Virus record (IMG/VR): IMGVR_UViG_3300008012_000022
Coordinates: 1-64,000 of that record
Strand: one strand, 5' to 3'
DNA from: a virus
DNA length: 64,000 bases
Shown here in pieces: positions 39,449 to 47,979 of this stretch (position 1 is its first letter; each line of letters begins with the position of its first letter). The notes under the pieces were generated by a model. That model was not told where the DNA came from, made no database searches, and worked only from the letters and a program-made list of their open reading frames with translations. The position numbers were made by a program, and so were the translations under genes.

Positions 39449-40275
39449 ATCCACCAATCTAGCACATAGTCTGGTCTTCCATCATAATTTGGTTCATCCA
39501 ATCCATCAACTGGAAATTTTTCGCGCCTGACTCCGAGATCCTTACCCCACTTCTTACTTATATATGTTAGCTCAAGAGAGTCAGGGAAGTCTACGTGTCG
39601 TGGCGCGTGGTTGTTAGCGTGCATGTGCCACAACCAAAAATGTTTGTTTAGACCCTCAAAGAATCTCAGTCTACCAGCAAAGTCACGCTTTGCCTGTGCC
39701 AACTGTGGCTCAAGCACCCATCCATCAGGAACTTCTTCGATTAAAGAATGAACCTCAATACATATGACAGCGAAGTAACTCTTAAGCAGTGCAAGGTTAT
39801 CATCATTTAACCAATCATATTCGTGACCTTCAATATCCATCTTCAACACATTAAAGTCAGAACCACCTCCAAACGTATTTTCTTTAAGATGTTTATGAAA
39901 GTTGTCTGCCGTTAAATATTCCTTGTAGAACTTTCCGTATTGTATTTTAGCAGGAACTTCATCAATGGAACCGTCATACATAGATATCCAATTATAATCT
40001 TTATCTAACGACTGTTCAAATGATACACCCTCAGGATCGTCGCCAATACCATATGACAAAATCTGTAATGGTGAGAACTCCACCATTTGTGCAGGTAATA
40101 CATAAGACCCATCACCCACACCACAACGACAGAACTTATAAGTATAACTCCAGTATTTACCGTCGAATTGACTGCTCAAACGACCAGTCCAATTTTTCAT
40201 CTCTACATTGTGCGGCACCAGTAGATCTTTTAGGCGCTGATATTTATTTGGATTCTGTTCATCAAAAAAGGTCAT
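39445..40275 (-). CDS. FkbM/Methyltransf_22-like methyltransferase
   Basis: GDGSY, SYGIG....SFE, LKMDIEG.E, IEVH, H.NN, ELTY. Confidence 0.8.
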   Translation of the reverse strand: MTFFDEQNPNKYQRLKDLLVPHNVEMKNWTGRLSSQFDGKYWSYTYKFCRCGVGDGSYVLPAQMVEFSPLQILSYGIGDDPEGVSFEQSLDKDYNWISMYDGSIDEVPAKIQYGKFYKEYLTADNFHKHLKENTFGGGSDFNVLKMDIEGHEYDWLNDDNLALLKSYFAVICIEVHSLIEEVPDGWVLEPQLAQAKRDFAGRLRFFEGLNKHFWLWHMHANNHAPRHVDFPDSLELTYISKKWGKDLGVRREKFPVDGLDEPNYDGRPDYVLDWWI

Positions 40276-40457
40276 TGTAAATAAGGTAAAAAATTCCAGA
40301 TATTAACACAAGAAAGCTTCCTATAAATATCATTACGGTATAAAAACGATGGAAAAAGGAATAGAGTGAAGGGGTATAGCGCCCGAAATAATGGTTGGCG
40401 ATTAGACCTAAGACCGCAAAGCTCCAAAATAACCAACAGTATAGATGTAACTCTATA

Positions 40458-41405
40458 CTATCTTGCATAACAAATACATGGGTTATTGTTTTCTGTATAC
40501 CCCCCACAGTGAGGACAAACCATATAATTTTCCTCAAACTCTTCGAAAGTCATCAAATTCTCATAATTTAATTTCCAATATTCCCATTCGGGGGTTTCAG
40601 TCCCGTCCAATTGTGATGGGTCAATTGTTGCTGGTTTCTTATTCCACACTTCGAATGAATTATCTGCCCACGCATTAATGATACGACCTTCCTCAGGCCA
40701 ATTACCACCTAATGCTAGCTGCCATTCAGACTCGTCAAGCGGCGGAAACGAAAACCTTTCAGTAGGTTTCTTTAAACAATATACCACCTTTGTGTCGGGG
40801 TGATGTTTCCAACAACTACCATCTGGATTGCTACGAACAGAATCTCTACCCTTGTCTATGAATAGCGGCGAACCATTTGGTAGTCTAACTGTATAGAATC
40901 TATTCAAATCTTCTGCTTCCAAATAATTTTGGACGCACTCTTCTGTCCACTTCAAGTCATCGAGCGGACCCGGCCCTCCAAAATTCTTTGGTACGGTGAG
41001 ATAGAAATCGCGGCCTATAAATTGTGCCCTTTCACTATACCCTCCGTTACCCTGATTACCTGCTAAGTCTACGTATGTATAACCTTGATTTTCTATCAGG
41101 TCAACAAAGCCTCTAATGTCTGCTTCGTATACTGGATTAGCTAGTTCATGATCTACTTGAATATAGAATGCATACTCACTCTGACACTGACTGAATAATT
41201 GCACGGTGCCAGCACCACAACCAATATTGATCTGGTTGTTGATTACCTCCACCCTCTCTTCACGAGCATACTTGTCAGCGTATCGTTCGCCACCATTGTT
41301 GAGAATCACCACCTTGTAATCGAAGTGACAAAGCCTCCTGATGGATGATAGTAGTTCCTCCAGTTCCTTTGGTCGATTGTAATCGAGTATAAGAATTTCT
41401 GTCAT
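40458..41405 (-). CDS. Family 2 glycosyltransferase-like protein with a Cys-rich C-terminal appendage
   Basis: ILDYNRP.EL..LL.SI, N..NIG.G.G, Q.DH. Confidence 0.75.
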   Translation of the reverse strand: MTEILILDYNRPKELEELLSSIRRLCHFDYKVVILNNGGERYADKYAREERVEVINNQINIGCGAGTVQLFSQCQSEYAFYIQVDHELANPVYEADIRGFVDLIENQGYTYVDLAGNQGNGGYSERAQFIGRDFYLTVPKNFGGPGPLDDLKWTEECVQNYLEAEDLNRFYTVRLPNGSPLFIDKGRDSVRSNPDGSCWKHHPDTKVVYCLKKPTERFSFPPLDESEWQLALGGNWPEEGRIINAWADNSFEVWNKKPATIDPSQLDGTETPEWEYWKLNYENLMTFEEFEENYMVCPHCGGYTENNNPCICYAR

Positions 41406-41950
41406 GCTATTATTCTAACCTTTTTAGGGAAGAACTTACATTCATATTCCCTCATATAATTCTCTGGTTTCGATTGGTGAAAGATAGGCATCGGCATATC
41501 ATCTTCGAGTTCTTCGATAGGAAAGCGCCGATCATTAAACATACCGCTCATAGCTATACGATGATAACCTTCGATAGCTTCCTCTGAACCTGATAGTGTA
41601 GCGAAAACTGTCAGTTTAGGTATGTGAATAAGACCTCTATCGTCATCGAACCTCATCACCTTCTCTCCACACAGATAGTATGTTCCCCTGTGATTCTCTT
41701 CTAGATCGTTATCTATCAATTCTTCATCAGGTATATCGACTTGACGTTTCTCCCACCAACCCCTAATGTAATCTGCCATGTAGGTCTTGCCAGTTGCAGG
41801 GGGCATGATGAATAAATTATAATCATACTTTAAGTAGTCACTCCATATTTGATTCTGACAATTATAGGTCCACTCAACTTCTGGAAGTGTTGGTAATGCT
41901 GCGGCTAGAGGTGCTACAACCGCTGTCTTCAATAAATTTCGTCGCTTCAT
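41402..41950 (-). CDS. Twin-arginine-leader protein with a condensed terminase-like ATPase body
   Basis: MKRRNLLKTAVVAPLAAA; MPPATGKT; YMREYECKF. Confidence 0.55.
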   Translation of the reverse strand: MKRRNLLKTAVVAPLAAALPTLPEVEWTYNCQNQIWSDYLKYDYNLFIMPPATGKTYMADYIRGWWEKRQVDIPDEELIDNDLEENHRGTYYLCGEKVMRFDDDRGLIHIPKLTVFATLSGSEEAIEGYHRIAMSGMFNDRRFPIEELEDDMPMPIFHQSKPENYMREYECKFFPKKVRIIA

Positions 41951-41954
41951 ATCA

Positions 41955-42140
41955 CTAAATTATATTTGATACTTTGTCATCTATGATGATTCGACCCTCA
42001 TGAAGCTCCGCATACCAACCAACCTTCTTTGACCTGTCAACATAAACAAGTTCGTCTTGAATCCTGACTTCTATCTCTTCCTCTTGTTTCTTTATAAAAG
42101 GAAGTGCACAAAATAATTTTAATAAATTTCGCCGCTTCAT
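41955..42140 (-). CDS. Twin-arginine-leader peptide with a capsid-C-terminus-like segment
   Basis: MKRRNLLKLFCALP; RSKKVGWYAELHEGRIIIDDK. Confidence 0.55.
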   Translation of the reverse strand: MKRRNLLKLFCALPFIKKQEEEIEVRIQDELVYVDRSKKVGWYAELHEGRIIIDDKVSNII

Positions 42141-42535
42141 GATAGTTTCTTCGTCATGATTGGGTTCCCTTTCTCATCTACGTTAGGATTGCTGAACGGA
42201 TCACCTTTAACTTCAGATTGTGACCTTTTTGATTCCTTTTCTGGTTTACATTCATCAACAAATTTAGGAATTTGCCCCGCTTTTAGTTGAGCGTCAAGTT
42301 CTCTCTGTTCCTCTTTGAGGTCAGCAAGGTCAAGTTCTAACGCAAGAACTTCTTCTTTTGCACGTCGAAGATAGATCGCAAAATCTAAAGCTTCCTCATA
42401 TGCATGTTGTAACCATTCACGATGCGACAGTGGATTTTCTTCAACCGTCGTTCCATATTTCTCCTTACCGAACTTTTGACGAGCGGCGATATCTTCACAC
42501 ACTCGCTTCTCTGTTCCTTCTACTTCAATTTCCAT
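42137..42535 (-). CDS. Conserved phage protein (all-alpha NTP-PPase-like)
   Basis: R...G.EKYGTT, WLQHA.EE.LD.AIYL. Confidence 0.7.
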   Translation of the reverse strand: MEIEVEGTEKRVCEDIAARQKFGKEKYGTTVEENPLSHREWLQHAYEEALDFAIYLRRAKEEVLALELDLADLKEEQRELDAQLKAGQIPKFVDECKPEKESKRSQSEVKGDPFSNPNVDEKGNPIMTKKLS

Positions 42536-42633
42536 AGCTATTTATCTCAAAAACGCCCAAATCCATAGGGCACCACCTGCTATCAAACTACATATTATAT
42601 AGCCAACGCAGAATTTTATCATCTGTTTATCAT

Positions 42634-44280
42634 TTAGCCTTCGCATACTGAACATTCGTTCAAGTTCTTGCGATAGAATGTCTGCGCTGCATTTGATGCG
42701 TTGTGCTGGTAATACAATGATTTAATACCATTCTCCCACGCATATATTAGCAGTTCATTCATTTCTTTCGCTGGTGTGTCAGGATGAATCATCAAGTTAG
42801 TTGATTGACCCTGATCAATATAGGGTTGTCTCCCTGCCGCTTGCATAATAATATCCTTCGGCGCTATCTCAGGAAACGTTTTAAAAACTTCCTTCTCGTG
42901 ATCATCAAAGACGTTTAAGTTTTGAATTGATCCATCGGCTAAAAGAATTTGTCGCCACACCTTTTCATCAATGTTTCTTTCCGCAAAAAGTTTCACTAAT
43001 TCAGGGTTCTTAATCGGCGTATCGATCTTTGCCAATTCTTTGGTATAGTAATTCTTCCAGATTGGTTCTTTTGACTGAGATACTTGACCGAGAATAAAAG
43101 CAGATGAAGTGTTCGGCGCTAAAGACATTCGTGTTGCCCATCTCTCGTTATATGGTGCCATCATTCGTGTGGTCCCATGAGTCTCAGCCATCTTACGTGA
43201 CGCTTCAAGACTCTGTTCATCCATGAGGCTAAAGATTTCTTTGTTCAACTGTAATGCCTCAAGTGATCCGAATGGAATACCTTTCGACTGCAACAGTGAG
43301 TGCCAACCTGTAGCTCCCATACCGACTGCACGATGCTCCGCAGCAAATCTTACAGCACGCTCCATGTGTGGAACTAAAGACGCTTTAGCAATGAACTCTG
43401 ACATTATTGCATCAAGAAACTGCATCATGATTTCTACTGCATCAGTGTCTTTCCAGTCGTGATAGTGCAGAAGATTCATCGATGATAAACAACACACAAA
43501 AGATTCTTGAGTGTTTGATGGCAGCATGATCTCAGAACATACATTCGATGCATAGATTTCCTTTTGAAGATCCTTATAAACTTGCGGCTTGTTATCGTTT
43601 ACGTTGTCGCTAAAAAAGATATAAGGTAGACCTATCTCAAAGCGAGACTTGATTACCTTAGCCCAAATTTTTCGTTTTTCTACATCACCTTCAATCATTT
43701 CCCGCATCCATTGATTGGATACAGTGACACCTGTAAATAGATGCTGGATAGGATGACCTTCATGTTTGATTTGTAAGAACTCTTCGATATCACCATGATC
43801 AATAGGAAGGTAACAGGCACAGATCCCGCGCCGAACTTTTGACTGTTTCGACACGTCAACAGTGACGTTATTTATCCGCATGAATGATACCGAACCATCT
43901 GACTTGCCACCTGTTGAGATTTTTGAACCTCGTGATCGAACAGCACCATAGTATGCGCTGGTTCCACCACCCATTTTGCTCATCATTCCTATCTCAGAAT
44001 TCGTATCAAGAATTCCCTCCATAGTATCAGGAACATACGATCCAAAACATGAGATAGGAAGTCCGCGCTTGCGACCAAAGTTCGCCCATACAGGAGAAGA
44101 AAAAAGAAAATGTCCTTTGGCAGCATGGTCAAGGAATCTGTCTGCGAAACCCTTGATACCGAGAATTATTTCTGCTGTAGCGGCGATATCACGAACCCTA
44201 TGAATTGGATCTTCACCCTCTTCTAAGTATCCACCCGAAAGAAAGATCTTAGATTTTTTGTTAAGCCATTCGAAATCCAT
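42634..44280 (-). CDS. nrdA: Ribonucleotide reductase alpha subunit (no ATP cone)
   Basis: PISCF, GGGTS, RRG, SNVCSEI, CCLSS, APN.SS, IDQGQS.N, KSLYY, C-terminal C..C. Confidence 0.95.
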   Translation of the reverse strand: MDFEWLNKKSKIFLSGGYLEEGEDPIHRVRDIAATAEIILGIKGFADRFLDHAAKGHFLFSSPVWANFGRKRGLPISCFGSYVPDTMEGILDTNSEIGMMSKMGGGTSAYYGAVRSRGSKISTGGKSDGSVSFMRINNVTVDVSKQSKVRRGICACYLPIDHGDIEEFLQIKHEGHPIQHLFTGVTVSNQWMREMIEGDVEKRKIWAKVIKSRFEIGLPYIFFSDNVNDNKPQVYKDLQKEIYASNVCSEIMLPSNTQESFVCCLSSMNLLHYHDWKDTDAVEIMMQFLDAIMSEFIAKASLVPHMERAVRFAAEHRAVGMGATGWHSLLQSKGIPFGSLEALQLNKEIFSLMDEQSLEASRKMAETHGTTRMMAPYNERWATRMSLAPNTSSAFILGQVSQSKEPIWKNYYTKELAKIDTPIKNPELVKLFAERNIDEKVWRQILLADGSIQNLNVFDDHEKEVFKTFPEIAPKDIIMQAAGRQPYIDQGQSTNLMIHPDTPAKEMNELLIYAWENGIKSLYYQHNASNAAQTFYRKNLNECSVCEG

Positions 44281-44501
44281 TATCGTTCGCTTATTCCTCG
44301 TGGTTCAGGTTTAGGAAGTTTGGTGCCGAAAATTTGAGTATTACAATCTTTCGTTGGACAGTCAATATGAAATAGTGTCTCATTCCTGTCATGAGATGAT
44401 GAACCTTCTTTTCTTTGCCACTCTACAATTGCTCCACACGTATGACACTCGCCTCGATATAAATCCTCTGATGGTGGATGACCCTCTTTAATAATTCTCA
44501 T
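44280..44501 (-). CDS. Small zinc-ribbon protein
   Basis: CHTC and CP..DC. Confidence 0.65.
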   Translation of the reverse strand: MRIIKEGHPPSEDLYRGECHTCGAIVEWQRKEGSSSHDRNETLFHIDCPTKDCNTQIFGTKLPKPEPRGISER

Positions 44502-45511
44502 TAGAATAAATCGTTCTCTGAAATCGCCTTATTTTTGCGCACGTAATTAGTTGGTCGCTGATTGAAAAAATCTACATGGACACCAGCAATTAGCTTCTCG
44601 TCAAACCATCTGGTTTTTTCAAGACGAGCTTCATTTACGTCAAATATAGGGTCTAATCCTATTCCTGTCAAGCTTTCATTTAGCCTATTCTTAATAAAGT
44701 CTTTCACTTCTAAGATTTTTATATGATCTGGCTTGCATCCATCCACTGTTGGTTCAAAGATTAAATCGCCATCAGGAAAAATCCATTTCAATAACTTCTC
44801 TTCAGCGCGATAAGCCTTGCGAGAGTAGAGGTAAATGAGTTTTTTTAACTCATCATTGAAAAAGTCAGGATGTTCTTCTTTAATCTGGTTGATTAACCAC
44901 GTGCCAAACATTCCATGAATTGCTTCCTCCTTCGAAGTTGCCGCGACTACATTGTTGATATCTACCAGCCACTTGCGATGCTTGTTGAAGGATTGAATGA
45001 TAAAAAACTGAGAAAATAACGAAACATTTTCTATAAAAAGAGAAAATAAAATGATTGATTTGAGGAAATTCTCTTCCAGTCTTGCCGTGGAGAACTCTTT
45101 ATATTTCGTTAGGTAAACGTGACGGTCATTCACCGCAGGAATTTCTTTAATCTTCTCGAACTCTTCGTTTAGCCCCAAAATTTCTAACAGTGCAGAGTAT
45201 GCATCAAGATGACGTTTCTCTGACTCACCAAATGTAGCGCCAACTCCGAGCACTTCTGGTTTAGGTATGTGACGATGTAGGTTGCACCAGAAAGTTTTGA
45301 CGCCAACCTCTACTTGAGATATTAGAAGTAGGCATTTCTTAATTACCTCTCTTTGGTAATCATTTAGTTCGGTGTGATATTCTTGAATATCTGTTGTAAA
45401 ATTAAACTCTGTATGTACCCAATAGGATTGTCGGATTGCTTCTACGTAATCTTCACAGATTGGATACTCAAGTGGTTTAATATTATCTCTCGGTTCGAAT
45501 AAGTCGCTCAT
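44501..45511 (-). CDS. nrdB: Ribonucleotide reductase beta subunit, class Id-like
   Basis: W.HTE, SQVEVGVK, E.RH..AY, IENVSLFSQF, EE.IH, DFF..RPTNY. Confidence 0.92.
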   Translation of the reverse strand: MSDLFEPRDNIKPLEYPICEDYVEAIRQSYWVHTEFNFTTDIQEYHTELNDYQREVIKKCLLLISQVEVGVKTFWCNLHRHIPKPEVLGVGATFGESEKRHLDAYSALLEILGLNEEFEKIKEIPAVNDRHVYLTKYKEFSTARLEENFLKSIILFSLFIENVSLFSQFFIIQSFNKHRKWLVDINNVVAATSKEEAIHGMFGTWLINQIKEEHPDFFNDELKKLIYLYSRKAYRAEEKLLKWIFPDGDLIFEPTVDGCKPDHIKILEVKDFIKNRLNESLTGIGLDPIFDVNEARLEKTRWFDEKLIAGVHVDFFNQRPTNYVRKNKAISENDLF

Positions 45512-46007
45512 GGTTTGTGTCTAATTGATTAAGTTGCGCGAACTCACCAAACAAACACATGGCTTTTCGATTATAAGCCTTAGCAGCTTCGACTTCTGAA
45601 TCAAATCTGCCGATCCAAATCTGTTTTCCTTCGAAACGAATACTTGCCAACCATTTAGAGCGTCGTTTCTCCCAACAAACCCCCTTGTATTGACTAGTAG
45701 TTTTAGCTTTTTTAAATCGATTACGGTTATTTTCTGCTTGAGTGCATTCGCGTAAATTTGAAAAATGATTATTCTGTACGTTACCATCTTTATGGTCTAC
45801 GAATTCAGGCCAATAATCATTTTCCAAAAAGAACACAAGGCGATGAACATAAAATGTTTTTTTGCCGTCTTGTGTTTCTAATATTAGGCGCAATTTTTTA
45901 TTATCACGCCTAACAGGAGATGAAATTCCTTTCTTAGAAATAACACCTTTAGACCTATTGTAATCGACTTGATTAAGAAGTTCTGCTCTGGTTAATAAGT
46001 TTTTCAT
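45483..46007 (-). CDS. HNH-AP2 homing endonuclease
   Basis: HRL, VDHKDG...NN..SNLR, YKGV.W, IGRFDSE.EAAKAYN. Confidence 0.9.
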   Translation of the reverse strand: MKNLLTRAELLNQVDYNRSKGVISKKGISSPVRRDNKKLRLILETQDGKKTFYVHRLVFFLENDYWPEFVDHKDGNVQNNHFSNLRECTQAENNRNRFKKAKTTSQYKGVCWEKRRSKWLASIRFEGKQIWIGRFDSEVEAAKAYNRKAMCLFGEFAQLNQLDTNHERLIRTER

Positions 46008-46476
46008 AATTAGTATCCAGATCAGAAATGGGCATATCATAGACATCTAATTTAGCCACAAAGCCGTTCTCTTTGCACACGTCACCCTTGCGGACACGTA
46101 TACCCTGAGAAATTAATTCGTCGTGTTTTTTAAAGCCGAGAAACCAGCCTTTTGTTAAATTTTTATGCACACGCACGAACGCATAGTAATCACAGTCCTG
46201 TAAATAATAATCAGCAATGGTGCACATATAATGAGGTAGTGGAGTTACCGAAGTCATTTTGGTTTTAACGTCTATTGTTAAACCATTCTCTAGAACGAGA
46301 TCGTATTCGTATGTGTTTGCAAATTCGCCGCCTAAAACATGTTGTGCGATGTGCTCTCCTATAAAACCAACTAAATTCCCTGCACCTTTTCTGATCGAAT
46401 GATTGAGATGACCTAACTCATCTGCTTTTTCTTTTGCGGACTGATACCACTCGTCTGTGACTTCAAACTCGATCAT
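45973..46476 (-). CDS. PD-(D/E)XK-like nuclease
   Basis: G.IGE, YDL, IDVKTK, D.Y.FV. Confidence 0.65.
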   Translation of the reverse strand: MIEFEVTDEWYQSAKEKADELGHLNHSIRKGAGNLVGFIGEHIAQHVLGGEFANTYEYDLVLENGLTIDVKTKMTSVTPLPHYMCTIADYYLQDCDYYAFVRVHKNLTKGWFLGFKKHDELISQGIRVRKGDVCKENGFVAKLDVYDMPISDLDTNYEKLINQSRTS

Positions 46477-46485
46477 AGGTAAACT

Positions 46486-46513
46486 ATTTTACACAACTTT
46501 TCAACTTAGTCAA
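46486..46513 (-). promoter_or_regulatory. Sigma70-like promoter TTGACT-N16-TAAAAT overlapping a GTGTAA motif
   Basis: Upstream of the RNR operon; ATG 9 nt after the -10. Confidence 0.65.
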
Positions 46514-46560
46514 AGGCTTTTTGTAACAATTTTTTACTATACTAAAAACTCAAAGGTTCG

Positions 46561-46790
46561 GTGCTGAGAAAATACTCGACACGTCAGACTTACTCGCGCT
46601 GTTAACTAATCTTAACAGTTGGCGCTTCGTAAGTCTTCCTCTAACCGATTCTTGTTTCTGTAAGTCGTCAACTGTTCGAAAAACTCGCAACGATGAGCAA
46701 AGATAATGTCCTAACTTTCTCGTTTTTAAGCAAAGCCTATCAGCTACTCGTCAGTTATTCCTCACGGGAGGTCGTTCGTTTTTCTCGCAC
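46561..46790 (-). ncRNA. Candidate ~230 nt structured RNA divergent from the sigma gene
   Basis: 5'/3' pairing GTGC-GAGAAAA / TTTTCTC-A-GCAC, internal stems, TTGACA promoter just upstream. Confidence 0.6.
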
Positions 46791-46793
46791 TAC

Positions 46794-46821
46794 ATTTACC
46801 TGTCATTTGTTTTCTTGTCAA
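46794..46821 (-). promoter_or_regulatory. Promoter TTGACA-N16-GTAAAT for the candidate RNA
   Basis: Predicted +1 coincides with the start of the closing stem. Confidence 0.55.
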
Positions 46822-46903
46822 GTATTATTTTCATTTTTTTTCTTTTTTGTAATAAAAAGAGGAATTTAATTGATTTTTACTGTAAAAGTGAATAGTATCG
46901 TGT

Positions 46904-47521
46904 ATGGATAACGATTTTATGCAGTTTTCAGGGTCTAACAGGTCCGAAATGGACGACAATTATCTCGTATCGTTGGTAAAAGATGAAGCAGATGAGGGAG
47001 CTTTGTTAGAGTTGATGGAACGTCACAGTGGCATCTTTCATCAGACCGTAGCTAACTTCATGCCGCCATCTTATACGAATTCTCAGCGGGAAGATGTCTT
47101 TGAGGAAAAGCCGACTTACTTCTTCGAAGCTATCGCCTCATTTGACGAAGCTCGTAACGCAAAATTTTCAACATGGCTTGCGAATAAAACTAAGTACACT
47201 CTACTTACTCAAAGGTCAAAGGTAAAGGGTCAACCTACATTCTGTGAGTATGACGACAGCTTAGGCGGCGAACATGGACTGTCACCAGAAACATATCTGT
47301 TGCGAAAAGACCAGTCAGAAGAAATTCTAAATTTGGTCCTTGACAAATATGGATCTGAGGTCTACGATATCGTGAAGCAGAAATATTTTGGTGGTGAGAA
47401 GAAGACTGGACAAACGTTCAGTCAAATTGCTGACGGTTTAGGGGTATCACCTCAAGCCATTCAAGCAAAACATAAAGACGCCATGTTATTTTTGAAAAAG
47501 AAACTATCGTATGATTTTTGA
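46904..47521 (+). CDS. Phage RNA polymerase sigma factor (sigma70 family, regions 2 and 4)
   Basis: AL.EL..RH, AI.SFD..R..KFSTW, C-terminal HTH TF.QIA..LGVS. Confidence 0.88.
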   Translation: MDNDFMQFSGSNRSEMDDNYLVSLVKDEADEGALLELMERHSGIFHQTVANFMPPSYTNSQREDVFEEKPTYFFEAIASFDEARNAKFSTWLANKTKYTLLTQRSKVKGQPTFCEYDDSLGGEHGLSPETYLLRKDQSEEILNLVLDKYGSEVYDIVKQKYFGGEKKTGQTFSQIADGLGVSPQAIQAKHKDAMLFLKKKLSYDF

Positions 47522-47978
47522 TCGGCAAAAAATTCTGGAAAAATACAATTATAATCCAGATATGGGAATCTTAATAGCGAAAGATTCTGCCAAAATTATT
47601 GGTGCTTTAAATACTAGTTCAAAATATTTACAAATAAAACTTGATGGGCAGCAACCCTTAGTTCATCGAATTATTTATTTTTTAGAAACAGGAGAACAAC
47701 CTGAAATTGTTGATCATATTGATGGTGATACTCGTAATAACCGTATTACTAATCTTCGCGCCTCAAACAACCAATTTAATCAAGCTAATCAAATTCAACA
47801 TAGGGGCTATTCGAAATATAAAGGTGTTTGTTTAGACCGTAAGTATTGGAAAGCTAGCATTCAATATAATAGAAAATCTATCCATATAGGCAATTTTAAA
47901 ACAGAATTAGAAGCAGCACAAGCTTACGATAAGAAAGCAAAAGAACTTTTTGGAGAACACGCACGCACAAATTTTTAA
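47511..47978 (+). CDS. HNH-AP2 homing endonuclease
   Basis: VHR, VDHIDGD..NNRI.NLR, SKYKGV, IG.F.TE.EAA.AYD..A. Confidence 0.9.
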   Translation: MIFDRQKILEKYNYNPDMGILIAKDSAKIIGALNTSSKYLQIKLDGQQPLVHRIIYFLETGEQPEIVDHIDGDTRNNRITNLRASNNQFNQANQIQHRGYSKYKGVCLDRKYWKASIQYNRKSIHIGNFKTELEAAQAYDKKAKELFGEHARTNF

Positions 47979-47979
47979 T

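Noticed and set aside
42634-46007. Group I intron or intein in the RNR genes associated with the HNH
   Set aside because: nrdA and nrdB are uninterrupted and of normal length; the HNH-AP2 gene is free-standing.
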